Made by a program: the position numbers and the translations under genes
Part shown: positions 10,459-19,908 of the stretch, piece by piece
How positions within the stretch are numbered: position 1 is the first letter of the stretch
Layout of the letters: every line of letters begins with the position of its first letter
DNA from: an uncultured Actinomycetes bacterium
GTDB lineage: Bacteria > Actinomycetota > UBA4738 > HRBIN12
Direction of reading: 5' to 3'
Assembly (NCBI GenBank): GCA_963710985.1
Contig: CAVQCI010000007.1
Coordinates: 401,240-465,239 of the forward strand
DNA: 64,000 nucleotides
The notes under the pieces: generated by a model
The model's database searches: none
What the model was told of the DNA's origin: nothing
What the model saw: the letters and a program-made list of their open reading frames with translations, nothing else

Positions 10459-11850
10459 ATGAGCCTGCACCTGCTCGAGCTCGTGCCCGCCGCGATGCTC
10501 GGCGTGCTCGCGCTGATGCTCTGCGTCCGCCGGCCGGTGGCCACGATCGTCCCGATCTACGCGGCGCTGGTCCCTTTCGGCGATGTCTTCTCCCTCCGCG
10601 TCCCCCTGCCCAAGCCGTTCAACTCGCTCAGCTCGGTCGTCGGCGCGCTCACGATCGTCGCGCTCGTGCTTCACCTGGTGCTCGAACGGCGAGGACGCGT
10701 CCCGACGCTGCCCGTCGGCCTGTGGTTCGCGTTCCTCGGCTGGGGGGCGCTCACGTTCGTGTGGGCCCAGGACCCCACGAACGTCGTCCACGAGGTCCTG
10801 ATCGCCGGGCCGCTCCTGCTCCTCCTGCTGTTGGTCTCCATGGTCTCGGTGACGCGCCGGGAGCTCCATCGGGTCCGCGACGCCGTGGTGCTCTCCGGCG
10901 CGGGGGTCGGCGCCTACGGCCTGCTGCTGATGCTTGCCGGCAGGTCATTGCCGGCTCACGGTCTGACCGATCGCTTCTCGGTGGCCGCGAACCCCAGCAA
11001 CACGAACCCCAACCAGCTCGCCGCGGCGCTGCTGCTCCCGCTGATCCTCGCGATCGACCTGGTGCTCGAGGGCCACGCGGAAGGCGCGCCCCGGTGGCGC
11101 ACGTGGTTCGGCGGGATCGCCGCGGTGCTCACGGCGTTCGCGATGGCGATCTCAGGTTCGCGCGGCGGCGCGCTCGCCGCTGTGGTCGGCTTCGTGACGT
11201 TGCTGATCCTGTGGTACCGGTGGCGTCCGTGGCAGCGCTACCGCGTCCGCCGCGTGGTGGCCGGCACGGCGCTCGGGGGTGTCGTCGTGATCGTGCTCCT
11301 GGCGATCACGGTCGCCCTGTTCCCCCAAGGCAAGGTCGCGAACGTCGTGACCAGCGGCCCGCTGCAACGTCTGACGGAGACGAGCTCGAGCTCCGGGCGC
11401 GCCGAGATCTGGACGACCGGAGCGATCGCGTGCCGCACCTATTGCGCGATCGGCGCGGGGATGGGCAACTTCCCGATCGTCTACTCCAACGTCGTGGCCT
11501 TTTCCGACGTGACCCGCAACGTGGGGCTCTCGCGTCCCGGACACAACCTGTACCTCGAAACGGTCGTCGAGATGGGAGTGATCGGGTTCGCGCTGTTCTG
11601 GATCGCGGTCGGCAGCGAGGTCCGCTCCCTGCACGCACGCGGGTCCTATGAGATCGCGGCCGCGCTCACGGCGGCGATCGTCGCGATCTTGCTCGCCGAC
11701 TTCTTCGAGGCGTTCCTGTGGTTCAAGCACGCCTGGCTGCCGTTCATGATGGTCAGGCTCCTCGAGGGGGTCTACGCGGCGGACCCCGTGCGCGAGGCCG
11801 TCGCGAGGTTCCGACCGTCGGCGCTGGGGATCGAGAGGACGACGGCGTGA
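10459..11850 (+). CDS. O-antigen ligase / Wzy-family polymerase-like membrane protein
   Basis: 463 aa with many hydrophobic helices. Wzy_C-like region SGSRGGALAAVVGF ... GHNLYLETVVEMGVIGFALFWI. ATG 10459 with GGAGGA SD. Confidence 0.75.
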   Translation: MSLHLLELVPAAMLGVLALMLCVRRPVATIVPIYAALVPFGDVFSLRVPLPKPFNSLSSVVGALTIVALVLHLVLERRGRVPTLPVGLWFAFLGWGALTFVWAQDPTNVVHEVLIAGPLLLLLLLVSMVSVTRRELHRVRDAVVLSGAGVGAYGLLLMLAGRSLPAHGLTDRFSVAANPSNTNPNQLAAALLLPLILAIDLVLEGHAEGAPRWRTWFGGIAAVLTAFAMAISGSRGGALAAVVGFVTLLILWYRWRPWQRYRVRRVVAGTALGGVVVIVLLAITVALFPQGKVANVVTSGPLQRLTETSSSSGRAEIWTTGAIACRTYCAIGAGMGNFPIVYSNVVAFSDVTRNVGLSRPGHNLYLETVVEMGVIGFALFWIAVGSEVRSLHARGSYEIAAALTAAIVAILLADFFEAFLWFKHAWLPFMMVRLLEGVYAADPVREAVARFRPSALGIERTTA

Positions 11851-12764
11851 CCCGTGCGAACCTGGTGATCGTCGGCGTCCCCAAGGCGGGAACGAGCTCG
11901 TTGTTCGCCTACCTCGCGCAGCACCCGGACGTCTGCCCGTCGAGCAAGAAGGAGCTCGGGTACTTCACCGGGCGGCGCGAGGACGGTCGTTCGGGCCCGC
12001 TCGAGGACTACGAACGGTTCTTCGCGAACCGCACCGGTGAGCGCTACGCGATGGAGGCGACGCCGGCCTACTGCTACCAGGGGCCCGCGGTCCTGCGCGC
12101 GATCCGCGAGACGCTGGGGGCGCCCCGGCTCCTGCTGATCCTGCGCGAGCCGGTCGAGCGGCTGTGGTCCGCCTACACGTTCCAGCGGAGCCTCGGCCAC
12201 CTCGGCGGCGTGGCGTCGTTCGACGAGTACCTCGACGCCTGCGAAGCCGCCAGGCGCGAGCACCCCTCCATCCTCGACCAGGGCCACCGCAAGGGCCTGT
12301 CGATCGGGATGTACGGCGACTACGTCGGCGGCTGGTGCGAGACGTTCGGCGCCGATCTGCGGGTGCTCTGGTTCGACGACCTGCGCGCAGACCCCGCCGG
12401 CGTCGTCCGCGACGTCTGCTCGTGGCTCGGGATCGACCCGGAGATCGCGTCGTCGTTCCGGTACGGGGCGCGCAACCCGACGATGCATCCGCGAAGCCTC
12501 GCGCTCGCCAGGGGCGCCGCGGTCGGGCGGGGGCTGAGCCGGAAGGTGTTCGGACGGACCCCCGGGCTGAGCGGTCGGCTGCGCGACACGTACTTCCGGT
12601 TGAACGCCGGGCGGCTGCGCGAGGGGCTCCCGCCCGCGACGCGGGCGCGCGCGGTCGCGCTGTACGCGCATTCGAACCGAACGGCGGCCGAAGCGCTGCG
12701 CGCCCACGGCGACACGCTGCCGGCCTGGCTCGAGCCGGCGTCGACGGGCGAGGCGCGCGCGTAG
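11847..12764 (+). CDS. PAPS-dependent sulfotransferase (PF00685-like)
   Basis: GTG 11847 overlaps the upstream stop (GTGA). 5'-PSB loop VGVPKAGTSSL and 3'-PB segment LILREPVERLWSAY. Confidence 0.8.
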   Translation: MTRANLVIVGVPKAGTSSLFAYLAQHPDVCPSSKKELGYFTGRREDGRSGPLEDYERFFANRTGERYAMEATPAYCYQGPAVLRAIRETLGAPRLLLILREPVERLWSAYTFQRSLGHLGGVASFDEYLDACEAARREHPSILDQGHRKGLSIGMYGDYVGGWCETFGADLRVLWFDDLRADPAGVVRDVCSWLGIDPEIASSFRYGARNPTMHPRSLALARGAAVGRGLSRKVFGRTPGLSGRLRDTYFRLNAGRLREGLPPATRARAVALYAHSNRTAAEALRAHGDTLPAWLEPASTGEARA

Positions 12765-12783
12765 CCGCGAGGGCTCCGCTCGC

Positions 12784-13677
12784 TCAGGCGTACCCCAGCT
12801 CGCTCAGGAGCGGCTCGCAGGCCGCGCGGACCTTCGCCTGTTCCTCCGCGGGCCACGCTCGGTACCGCCCGGAGTTCGGGACGATCTCGCGGAGCTTCGC
12901 GACGTTCGGGTCCTCGATCCCGACGTGATGCTCGGTGGCCGCGTAGTCGATCACGCCCGGTTCCCAGGGCTCGCCGAGGAACGCGAACATCGGCTCGAGC
13001 ACGGCGGCCGGATCGGCCGTCAGCTCCTCGTACCGGATCTCGTGGCAGGCCTCCGGGTGCGCCGCGGCGAAGTCCCTCATCTTCCCGGTCTGTCGCCGCC
13101 AGAACAGGCCTCCACCGGCCGCGACGTCGCCGCCGGCCTCGGCGACGCATCGGTCGATCGCCGGGTACCGGCGCTTGGGGTCGGCGAGCGAGTACGCCAC
13201 GTCCATCCCGTGGCGCACGATCGTCACGAACCGCGCGCGCGGTCCGAACAGCTCCCACAGGTCCTCGAGGATGTCGACGTAATGGGGGGTCTTGTCCGCC
13301 CAGCGCGGCTTGCCCTGCGCGGCCGCGTACCCCTCGTAGAACGTCGTGGCGAACGCCGCGAGCCCCTGCGCCACGGCGGCGCGGTCATACCCCATCGCCT
13401 CGAACCCGCGCGTGGACCGCCTGTCGTGCAGGACCTCGACGAGCGGGACGAGGAACGTCGTCTCGGGCGGACACGCGATCCGGGAGTGCGAGTCGAGGAT
13501 CCGCCGCAGCAGCGACGTGCCGCTGCGCTGACAGCCGATCACGAAGATCGGCGCCTCGCCGCTCGCGGCCGTCGCGGGCAGCGCGATCGCCGGGGCGTGG
13601 GGCTCGCGGGAACGCCGCGCCTTGCCCACCCACCGGCGGGCCTTCCTGCCGAACGAGAGCCTCGCGGAGCCGGTCAC
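12784..13677 (-). CDS. sulfotransferase family protein (Sulfotransfer_3-like)
   Basis: GTG 13677 overlaps the upstream stop (GTGA). IFVIGCQRSGTSLL (5'-PSB) and FVTIVRHGMDVAYS (3'-PB). Trimmed from an 808-aa artefact ORF. Confidence 0.8.
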   Translation of the reverse strand: MTGSARLSFGRKARRWVGKARRSREPHAPAIALPATAASGEAPIFVIGCQRSGTSLLRRILDSHSRIACPPETTFLVPLVEVLHDRRSTRGFEAMGYDRAAVAQGLAAFATTFYEGYAAAQGKPRWADKTPHYVDILEDLWELFGPRARFVTIVRHGMDVAYSLADPKRRYPAIDRCVAEAGGDVAAGGGLFWRRQTGKMRDFAAAHPEACHEIRYEELTADPAAVLEPMFAFLGEPWEPGVIDYAATEHHVGIEDPNVAKLREIVPNSGRYRAWPAEEQAKVRAACEPLLSELGYA

Positions 13678-15236
13678 TCGATGTACCCGAGGTCGCGCAG
13701 GTGCTGCGAGATCTCGTCCTGCTCCTGGGGGCTCACCTGGCCGGCGGCGGACCTCACCGCGACGGCAGCGGAGGCGCGCTGTTCGTCCAGGGTCACGTCG
13801 TGGGCCACGATCCCGGCGATCGCCGACCCGTCGAGCCCCGGCACCGCGAGACCCTGCGCGGCGAGCAGCGTCGGCGCGACGTCCACGATCGAGGCGACCC
13901 CGAGCTCGGCGACCGACGCCGAGGACGCGACGAGGATCCCTTCCCGCCGGTGGTCGCCCGAAGGCCACTGCGACGCGCGCGTCACCTGCCCGATGTTGCC
14001 GAGGCTCCACAGCGGCGAGGGCCGGGCGATCAGATCCGGAGCCAGGTCGAGATGCTCCCCGGACGGGAACTCCTCGCGCAGCAGCACCTCCGCGATCGGG
14101 TGATCGCCGGTGCGCGGGTCGCGGTAGGCAAGCATCCCCTCGGCCACCTCGGCACGCACCCGCTCGTGGTCGGCGGCGTCGACCACACCGTGGATCTCGC
14201 GACCCCGCAGGTTGACCGAGACCGCGCCGCCGGTCCCGGACGGATAGGCGAGGGTCCTCGACCAGTCCAGCGTGGCCGGGGCGCGCACCTTCTTCTTGAG
14301 CGCGTACCCGGCGCGCGAGCGGGCCACCTTCCGCACCGGCGCCCAGTGGCGGATCGACCGCGCGACCTCCGCGCGCGAGCCCGCCGACGCGAACCCGGTC
14401 GCCTGCAGGAGCCGGTTCAGGCTGACGACGTTCGCGATCGGCCGGAAGCCGTGGTCGGAGAGCAGGAGCGTGAGCGTTGCGGGACCGGCCGCGGCGCGGA
14501 GGCGGCCCAGCGCCTCGTCGACCAGGGCGTACACGCCGCGGATGCCCTCCGCGATCCCCGACGAGGCCCGTTGCGCGTAGGCGGGGTGCGACGGGAGCAG
14601 GTAGGCCCCGAACGGATGCTGCAGCCGGTCGGGCGCCACGAACACGCACACGGCGACGTCCCACGTCCCCTGAAGGAGCGCCTCGAACGACGCCGTCCGC
14701 GCCTGGACGAGCGAGCGGGCCTCGGCGATCAGGGCCTCGGGCCGGTCGGCGTAGCGGAGCCACTCCATGCCGTTCACCGGGAACGGGGCGACGCGCTCGA
14801 GCTCGGCGGCCCACTCCTTCGGGGTGACGAACGGCGCTCCCTTCGGGATCGCGACCCCGCCGATCATCCGCCCGTGCACGTCCCACGCCGGGAACGTCAC
14901 CGGGATGTTCGCGGCACGCACCTCGACCCCGGCCACCGAGAGCCGGTCCAGGAAGGTCGCCTGCTTGATCGACGTCGAGGAGACCGGCAGGCGGCGGTCC
15001 GGGTCGGTCGGGTCGCGCTCCACGAAGTCCCACACCCCGTGGCCCGCCGGCTGGAAGCCCGTGAGGAACGACGACCACGCCGACCAGGAATGCGAGGGGA
15101 TCGTGGACATCAGCGTGCCACGCGCCCCCTCGGCGAGCATCGCCTGCAGGTGCGGGAGCAGCCCCCGGTCGAGGAGATCGTCGACGATCTCCCAGTCGGC
15201 GCCGTCCCACCCGACGACGAGTACGCGTTGCCTCAC
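13674..15236 (-). CDS. alkaline-phosphatase-fold / NPP family protein, paralog 2
   Basis: GTG 15236 with GGAGGAGG just upstream. VLVVGWDGADW, TIPSHSWSAWSSFLTGFQPAGHGVWDF and LLSDHGF; C-terminus RDLGYIE. Trimmed from a 695-aa ORF. Confidence 0.7.
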   Translation of the reverse strand: MRQRVLVVGWDGADWEIVDDLLDRGLLPHLQAMLAEGARGTLMSTIPSHSWSAWSSFLTGFQPAGHGVWDFVERDPTDPDRRLPVSSTSIKQATFLDRLSVAGVEVRAANIPVTFPAWDVHGRMIGGVAIPKGAPFVTPKEWAAELERVAPFPVNGMEWLRYADRPEALIAEARSLVQARTASFEALLQGTWDVAVCVFVAPDRLQHPFGAYLLPSHPAYAQRASSGIAEGIRGVYALVDEALGRLRAAAGPATLTLLLSDHGFRPIANVVSLNRLLQATGFASAGSRAEVARSIRHWAPVRKVARSRAGYALKKKVRAPATLDWSRTLAYPSGTGGAVSVNLRGREIHGVVDAADHERVRAEVAEGMLAYRDPRTGDHPIAEVLLREEFPSGEHLDLAPDLIARPSPLWSLGNIGQVTRASQWPSGDHRREGILVASSASVAELGVASIVDVAPTLLAAQGLAVPGLDGSAIAGIVAHDVTLDEQRASAAVAVRSAAGQVSPQEQDEISQHLRDLGYIE

Positions 15237-15434
15237 CGTTCCTCCTCCGACGGCCTGCGTCCAGAAGCCTCGACCGGTCCAGAGCCGAGGTTGAGGACCA
15301 CGGGGTGCGATCGTCGATCGTCCGGGACCCAGGCGCCTGGGTGACCTATCATGCCATCCCCTCGGGTCGTGGCCCCGATCCGCTCCGGCCCGGCCCGCCG
15401 ATGCACCGCCGGAGCGGCACGACGAGGACCACCG

Positions 15435-16208
15435 ATGACGATCCTGACCTACCACGCGATCGACCCGGGATGGCGAGCGCCCCTTTCGGTGTCCCCGGCG
15501 CTGTTCGCGCGACAGCTCACCTGGTTGCATCGAAGCCGGCCGATCGTGCACCTGGGCGACGCGATCCCCGGACAGGGTGGCGCCCGGCCGACCGGAGCGA
15601 TCGCCGTGACGTTCGACGACGCCTTCACCTCGGTCTACGAGCACGCGATACCGGTCCTCGAGCGGCTCCGCATCCCGGCCACGATCTTCCTGATCGCCAA
15701 GACGCTCGATCCCGGCGCGGACGGGTTCGAGGTCGACTGGGTCGACCGGCCACCGGCACATCCGCTGCGCGTCCTCGATGCGACGCAGGTCAAGGAGTTG
15801 CAGGCGGCCGGGGTGCGGTTCGGCTCACACAGCTACGCGCACCGGGACCTCACGACACTCGGGTACGAGGCGTGTCTGGAGGACCTCCGTCGCAGTCGCG
15901 CGGTCCTCGAAGACCTCCTGGGCGAACCAGTGACGACCCTGGCCTACCCGAGGGGCCGCCACGACGAGACCGTGCGGCGCGCGGCCGCCGAGGCCGGGTT
16001 CGTGTGGTCCTTCGGGCTGTCGGTCCCCGAGCGGATCGCCGGCCCGCAGGCGGTGCCGCGCGTGGGGGTGTATCCGGCGGATACGCCGTTGAGCCTCTGG
16101 GTAAAGACCCGGGGATGGTACGGACGGTTCCGAGCGAGCGGGCCCTATCCCTGGTTGCGGCGCAGGGTGGATCGGCTGCGCCCGGGCGCACCGCCGCGGC
16201 AGGCCTGA
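15435..16208 (+). CDS. polysaccharide deacetylase (NodB/CE4 family)
   Basis: ATG 15435 (ILTYHAI...). NodB motifs AVTFDDAF, GSHSYAHRDL and LAYPRG. ATG 15351 is an alternative start. Confidence 0.8.
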   Translation: MTILTYHAIDPGWRAPLSVSPALFARQLTWLHRSRPIVHLGDAIPGQGGARPTGAIAVTFDDAFTSVYEHAIPVLERLRIPATIFLIAKTLDPGADGFEVDWVDRPPAHPLRVLDATQVKELQAAGVRFGSHSYAHRDLTTLGYEACLEDLRRSRAVLEDLLGEPVTTLAYPRGRHDETVRRAAAEAGFVWSFGLSVPERIAGPQAVPRVGVYPADTPLSLWVKTRGWYGRFRASGPYPWLRRRVDRLRPGAPPRQA

Positions 16209-16301
16209 CCTTCGGACGCAACCGGCGGATGTGCTGATGCACAGGGGGAACTGCGCCTTTAGGACTAAAGGAGGGCTTCACGGAGTCCCCTGGATAGGCC
16301 T

Positions 16302-17723
16302 ATGATGCCCAGAACGTCCCCCGAACGGGGGAGCCCGGCTCATATGGCATACGTAGACCCCTCGATCCATCCCACCCCCGACTCCGGTGCTCTCCCCGGG
16401 CACCTGGGTGGCGTGTACGTCCGGCGGGCCGAGGGGCTATCCACCCGCCGGCTCGTCCTCACGCTCGACGTCGTCGTGCTGGCGGCGTTCGCGGCGATCC
16501 ACGGTGGGATCGCCGGCGTCGCCTACGCGGTCCTTGCGCTGTTCGGGCTGAAGGCCGCGCGGGTGTACGGACCGAGGATCCAGCCGCGCCTGGGCGACGA
16601 CGTGCCGCGACTGCTGGCCGCGGTGGTCACCCCGGTCATCGTGCTGCCGCTGTTCGCCTCGAACCGCGAGCTCGGGGCGATCCTCGCGACGCTGCCGTTC
16701 GTCGTGTTCGCGTTGCTGGTGGGGCGATCGGTCACCTACACGATCTTGAACCGCGCGCGGGCGGCCGGTCACCGGCACGACCGGGTGCTGCTCGTCGGTG
16801 CGGGCGACCGTGGGATCGAGATGGCGCGGATCCTCCGGGAGCACCCGAAGTACGGCCTCGAGCCGGTCGGGTTCGTCGATGAGATCGCGCTCGGCTCGTT
16901 GCCCCTTCCGCTGCTGGGCGGCGTCGAAGATCTCTCCCGCCTCGTGTCGATCCACGGGATCGACCGCGTGATCGTGGCCGGATGGGAAGGTGAGGACGAC
17001 CTGCTGCTGCCGGCGCTGCGCGCGTGCACCGCCCGCCATGTCCAGGTCCATGTCGCCCCGCGCCTGTTCCAGCTCGGCACGGCGCCCGCGAACCCCTCGA
17101 CCGACTGGCTGTGGACCACGCCGGTCGTTCGCCTGCCCGCCATGCCGCGGGACACGCGTGCGTGGCAGGTCAAGCGTGCGATCGACCTCGGCGTCTCGGG
17201 GACGGCGCTGGTGGTGACCGCGCCGCTGTTCCTCGCGCTCGCGGCCGTGATCAAGCTCTCGAGCCCCGGTCCGGTGCTCTTCCGCCAGACGCGCGTCACG
17301 GAGGGCGGTCGGCTGTTCGAGCTGCTGAAGTTCCGTTCGATGCCGCTCAACGACTCGTCGGACACGCATTGGCACGGGGAGCTCCAACCGACCTGGATCG
17401 GCAGGGTGATGCGCTCGACCGGTCTGGACGAGCTGCCGCAGCTGCTGAACATCCTGCGCGGGGACATGTCGCTCGTGGGGCCTCGCCCCGAGCGCCCGTA
17501 CTTCGCGGAGCGCTTCATGGAATCGATCGACGGCTACGCGGACCGTCTGCGCGTGCCGGCCGGGCTGACCGGCTGGGCACAGGTGCACGGCCTGCGTGGC
17601 GACACCTCGATCGAGGAGCGCGCGATGTTCGACAACGAGTACATCGAGTACTGGTCGCTGTGGCGCGACTTCGTCATCATGGTCCGCACCGTGAAGACGT
17701 TCGTGGCCGGCGAAGGTCGGTAG
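16302..17723 (+). CDS. polyprenyl-phosphate sugar-phosphate transferase (priming glycosyltransferase, WbaP/EpsB-like)
   Basis: 473 aa with N-terminal TM helices plus a bacterial sugar transferase domain: KRAIDL, PGPVLFRQTRV, LLKFRSM, DELPQLLNILRGDMSLVGPRPERP. Confidence 0.85.
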   Translation: MMPRTSPERGSPAHMAYVDPSIHPTPDSGALPGHLGGVYVRRAEGLSTRRLVLTLDVVVLAAFAAIHGGIAGVAYAVLALFGLKAARVYGPRIQPRLGDDVPRLLAAVVTPVIVLPLFASNRELGAILATLPFVVFALLVGRSVTYTILNRARAAGHRHDRVLLVGAGDRGIEMARILREHPKYGLEPVGFVDEIALGSLPLPLLGGVEDLSRLVSIHGIDRVIVAGWEGEDDLLLPALRACTARHVQVHVAPRLFQLGTAPANPSTDWLWTTPVVRLPAMPRDTRAWQVKRAIDLGVSGTALVVTAPLFLALAAVIKLSSPGPVLFRQTRVTEGGRLFELLKFRSMPLNDSSDTHWHGELQPTWIGRVMRSTGLDELPQLLNILRGDMSLVGPRPERPYFAERFMESIDGYADRLRVPAGLTGWAQVHGLRGDTSIEERAMFDNEYIEYWSLWRDFVIMVRTVKTFVAGEGR

Positions 17724-17738
17724 GTCCGGTCGCTCGCG

Positions 17739-18770
17739 GTGCCCGTCCCCTCCCAGGACGTCCCCATGCCCGACGCACCCGAGCTCATCACGGTCGTGGT
17801 CCCCGCGAGGAACGAACGTGCGTCGATCGAGGCCTGTCTCGCGTCGATCACGTCGCAGACCTACCCCGCGCTGCAGATCGTCGTCGTCGACGGCACATCC
17901 ACCGACGGCACCCGGGAGGCGGTGCGCCGCCTGGCCGCGGAGGATCCGCGGATCGAGCTGTGCACCGACACGGACGGACGGATCCCCGTGTCGATGAACG
18001 CGGGGCTCGCCGCGGCGCGCGGCCGCTGGCTCGCGCGCGTGGACGCCCACTCGATCGTGCCGCCCGACTACGTGGCGGTCCTCGTGCGCCATCTCGCGAC
18101 CGGCCCGTGGGGCGGCGTCGGAGGCCGCAAGGACGCCGCGCCCGCAGACACCCCGACCGCCCGCGCGATCGCGGCCGCGCTCGGTTCGCGGGCGGGCGTC
18201 GGCAACTCCGCCTACCACTACGCCGAGCAGCCCCAGACGGTCGACCACATCCCGTTCGGCGTCTACCCGGTAGAGCTGCTGCGCTCGCTCGGCGGCTGGG
18301 ACGTGTCCCTCGACGCGAACGAGGACTACGAGCTCGACTACCGGATCCGCGCATGTGGGCGGGAGCTGCTGCTCGATCCCTCCGTGCGGATCTCGTGGCG
18401 CTCCAAAGAGACGATCGGCGCGCTCTTCGCGCAGTACCGGCGGTACGGGCGAGGCAAGGCCGACGTCGCGCGACTGCACCCCGGTTCCCTCGCGGTCCGC
18501 CACCTCGTGCCGCCGGCGCTCGTGGCCGGCGCGCTCCCCTGGACGGCGATCGCGGGCCGGCGTCCCCGCGTGGCGCTGCTGCTCGCGCTCCCCTACCTCG
18601 TGTTCATCGCGGCGGCCGGCGTCTCGGTCGCGCGCGAGATGCGCGAACCCCGCCTCGCGTCGCGCGTCACCCTCGCGCTCGGCGCGATGCACGTCGGCTG
18701 GGGACTGGGCTTCTGGGAGGGCACGCTGGCACACCTGCGCGGACGGCGCCCGACGGCCGCACCGGCCTGA
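17739..18770 (+). CDS. glycosyltransferase family 2 with C-terminal membrane helices
   Basis: [20 protein letters not shown] and ARVDAHS; hydrophobic C-terminal third. GTG 17739 (ATG 17766 is the alternative). Confidence 0.8.
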   Translation: MPVPSQDVPMPDAPELITVVVPARNERASIEACLASITSQTYPALQIVVVDGTSTDGTREAVRRLAAEDPRIELCTDTDGRIPVSMNAGLAAARGRWLARVDAHSIVPPDYVAVLVRHLATGPWGGVGGRKDAAPADTPTARAIAAALGSRAGVGNSAYHYAEQPQTVDHIPFGVYPVELLRSLGGWDVSLDANEDYELDYRIRACGRELLLDPSVRISWRSKETIGALFAQYRRYGRGKADVARLHPGSLAVRHLVPPALVAGALPWTAIAGRRPRVALLLALPYLVFIAAAGVSVAREMREPRLASRVTLALGAMHVGWGLGFWEGTLAHLRGRRPTAAPA

Positions 18771-18783
18771 AGGCCCGCGCGAC

Positions 18784-19761
18784 TCACGATCCGGGTTCGG
18801 GCTCGCCGAGCCGGTAGCCGCGCGCCTCGAGGTATGGGCCGATCGCCTCCTCGAGCTGGGCCACCTGCGCGGGCGTGAGGTCCTTGCGGAACGCCTCCCG
18901 CCGCGACGTCGCGACCGGATAGCGGCCGAACGCCTCCTCGAACGGGGCGTTCCAGGCGAGCCCCGCGAGGTCGAGGATCGCCGGCCACGAACCGCGCGGA
19001 TCGCCGACGATGTCCTCGTAGCGGAGCTCCAGGTACCGCTGCGGCGGGATCCGCTTCGCGACCTCGTCGAAGGCGTCCATCAAGATCGCCCACTCCAGCC
19101 CCGCGAGCACCACGAACGACCGGTTGCTGCGTTCCCAGCGCTCGCGCAGATCCTCGGGGAGCTCGCCGAAGCCCCATCCCGGGACGCCGAGGTACCCCTT
19201 CCACCAGGGCCGTTGGATGATCGAGCTCGCGACCGCCCTGCCGTCGCGCACGACGTGGAGGAACCGCGCGTTCGGCATCACCCGGTCGATGAACCGCGCG
19301 CGAGGCCACCCCGTGAACTTGTGCATGAACACCGGCGTCCGCTGCGCCGCGGCCCGCTCCTCGAAGAAGGTCCGGAACCGGGCCGCGAGCCACGGCGTGA
19401 CGTCGTCCTCGGTCAGGTCGCGGAACGGCGCCGACACGGCCGGCGCGACCTGCCGGCTGATCAGCTTGTACCCCTCCGACGGGCCGAAGTGGATCCGCTC
19501 GCCCAGGGTGAACCGCAGGTTCTTGAGGTAGGCGCGGTCACGGCGGCCGAGCGCCGATGGCACCGACCCGTACAGGAGATGGTTGCGTGCGCCCTTCGGG
19601 TTCCAGCCCGCGAGCGCCGTGTCGACGTTGGACACGAACCCGACGTCGGGATGACGCGCGATCAGCTCCTGCACGAGCGTCGACCCGCACCGGCCGGTGC
19701 CGATGATGAACAGGTACGTGGGGCTCGTCGTCTCGCTCACCTCCGAGCCTCGCTCTCCCAT
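18784..19761 (-). CDS. sulfotransferase family protein (third copy)
   Basis: ATG 19761. [14 protein letters not shown] (5'-PSB) and [14 protein letters not shown] (3'-PB). Confidence 0.75.
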   Translation of the reverse strand: MGERGSEVSETTSPTYLFIIGTGRCGSTLVQELIARHPDVGFVSNVDTALAGWNPKGARNHLLYGSVPSALGRRDRAYLKNLRFTLGERIHFGPSEGYKLISRQVAPAVSAPFRDLTEDDVTPWLAARFRTFFEERAAAQRTPVFMHKFTGWPRARFIDRVMPNARFLHVVRDGRAVASSIIQRPWWKGYLGVPGWGFGELPEDLRERWERSNRSFVVLAGLEWAILMDAFDEVAKRIPPQRYLELRYEDIVGDPRGSWPAILDLAGLAWNAPFEEAFGRYPVATSRREAFRKDLTPAQVAQLEEAIGPYLEARGYRLGEPEPGS

Positions 19762-19908
19762 AGGCCGATCCACTCCCCCGCGTTCGCCGTACGTTACCGG
19801 ACGCCCTGTCGCCACGATCCTCGCGACCGATGGTGCTTACTCCGGCCGCGCGGCGTTCCGATGGGTATCCTCGACCGGTCCTCCCCACGCCTGAAGGAGA
19901 GCCCCCAC

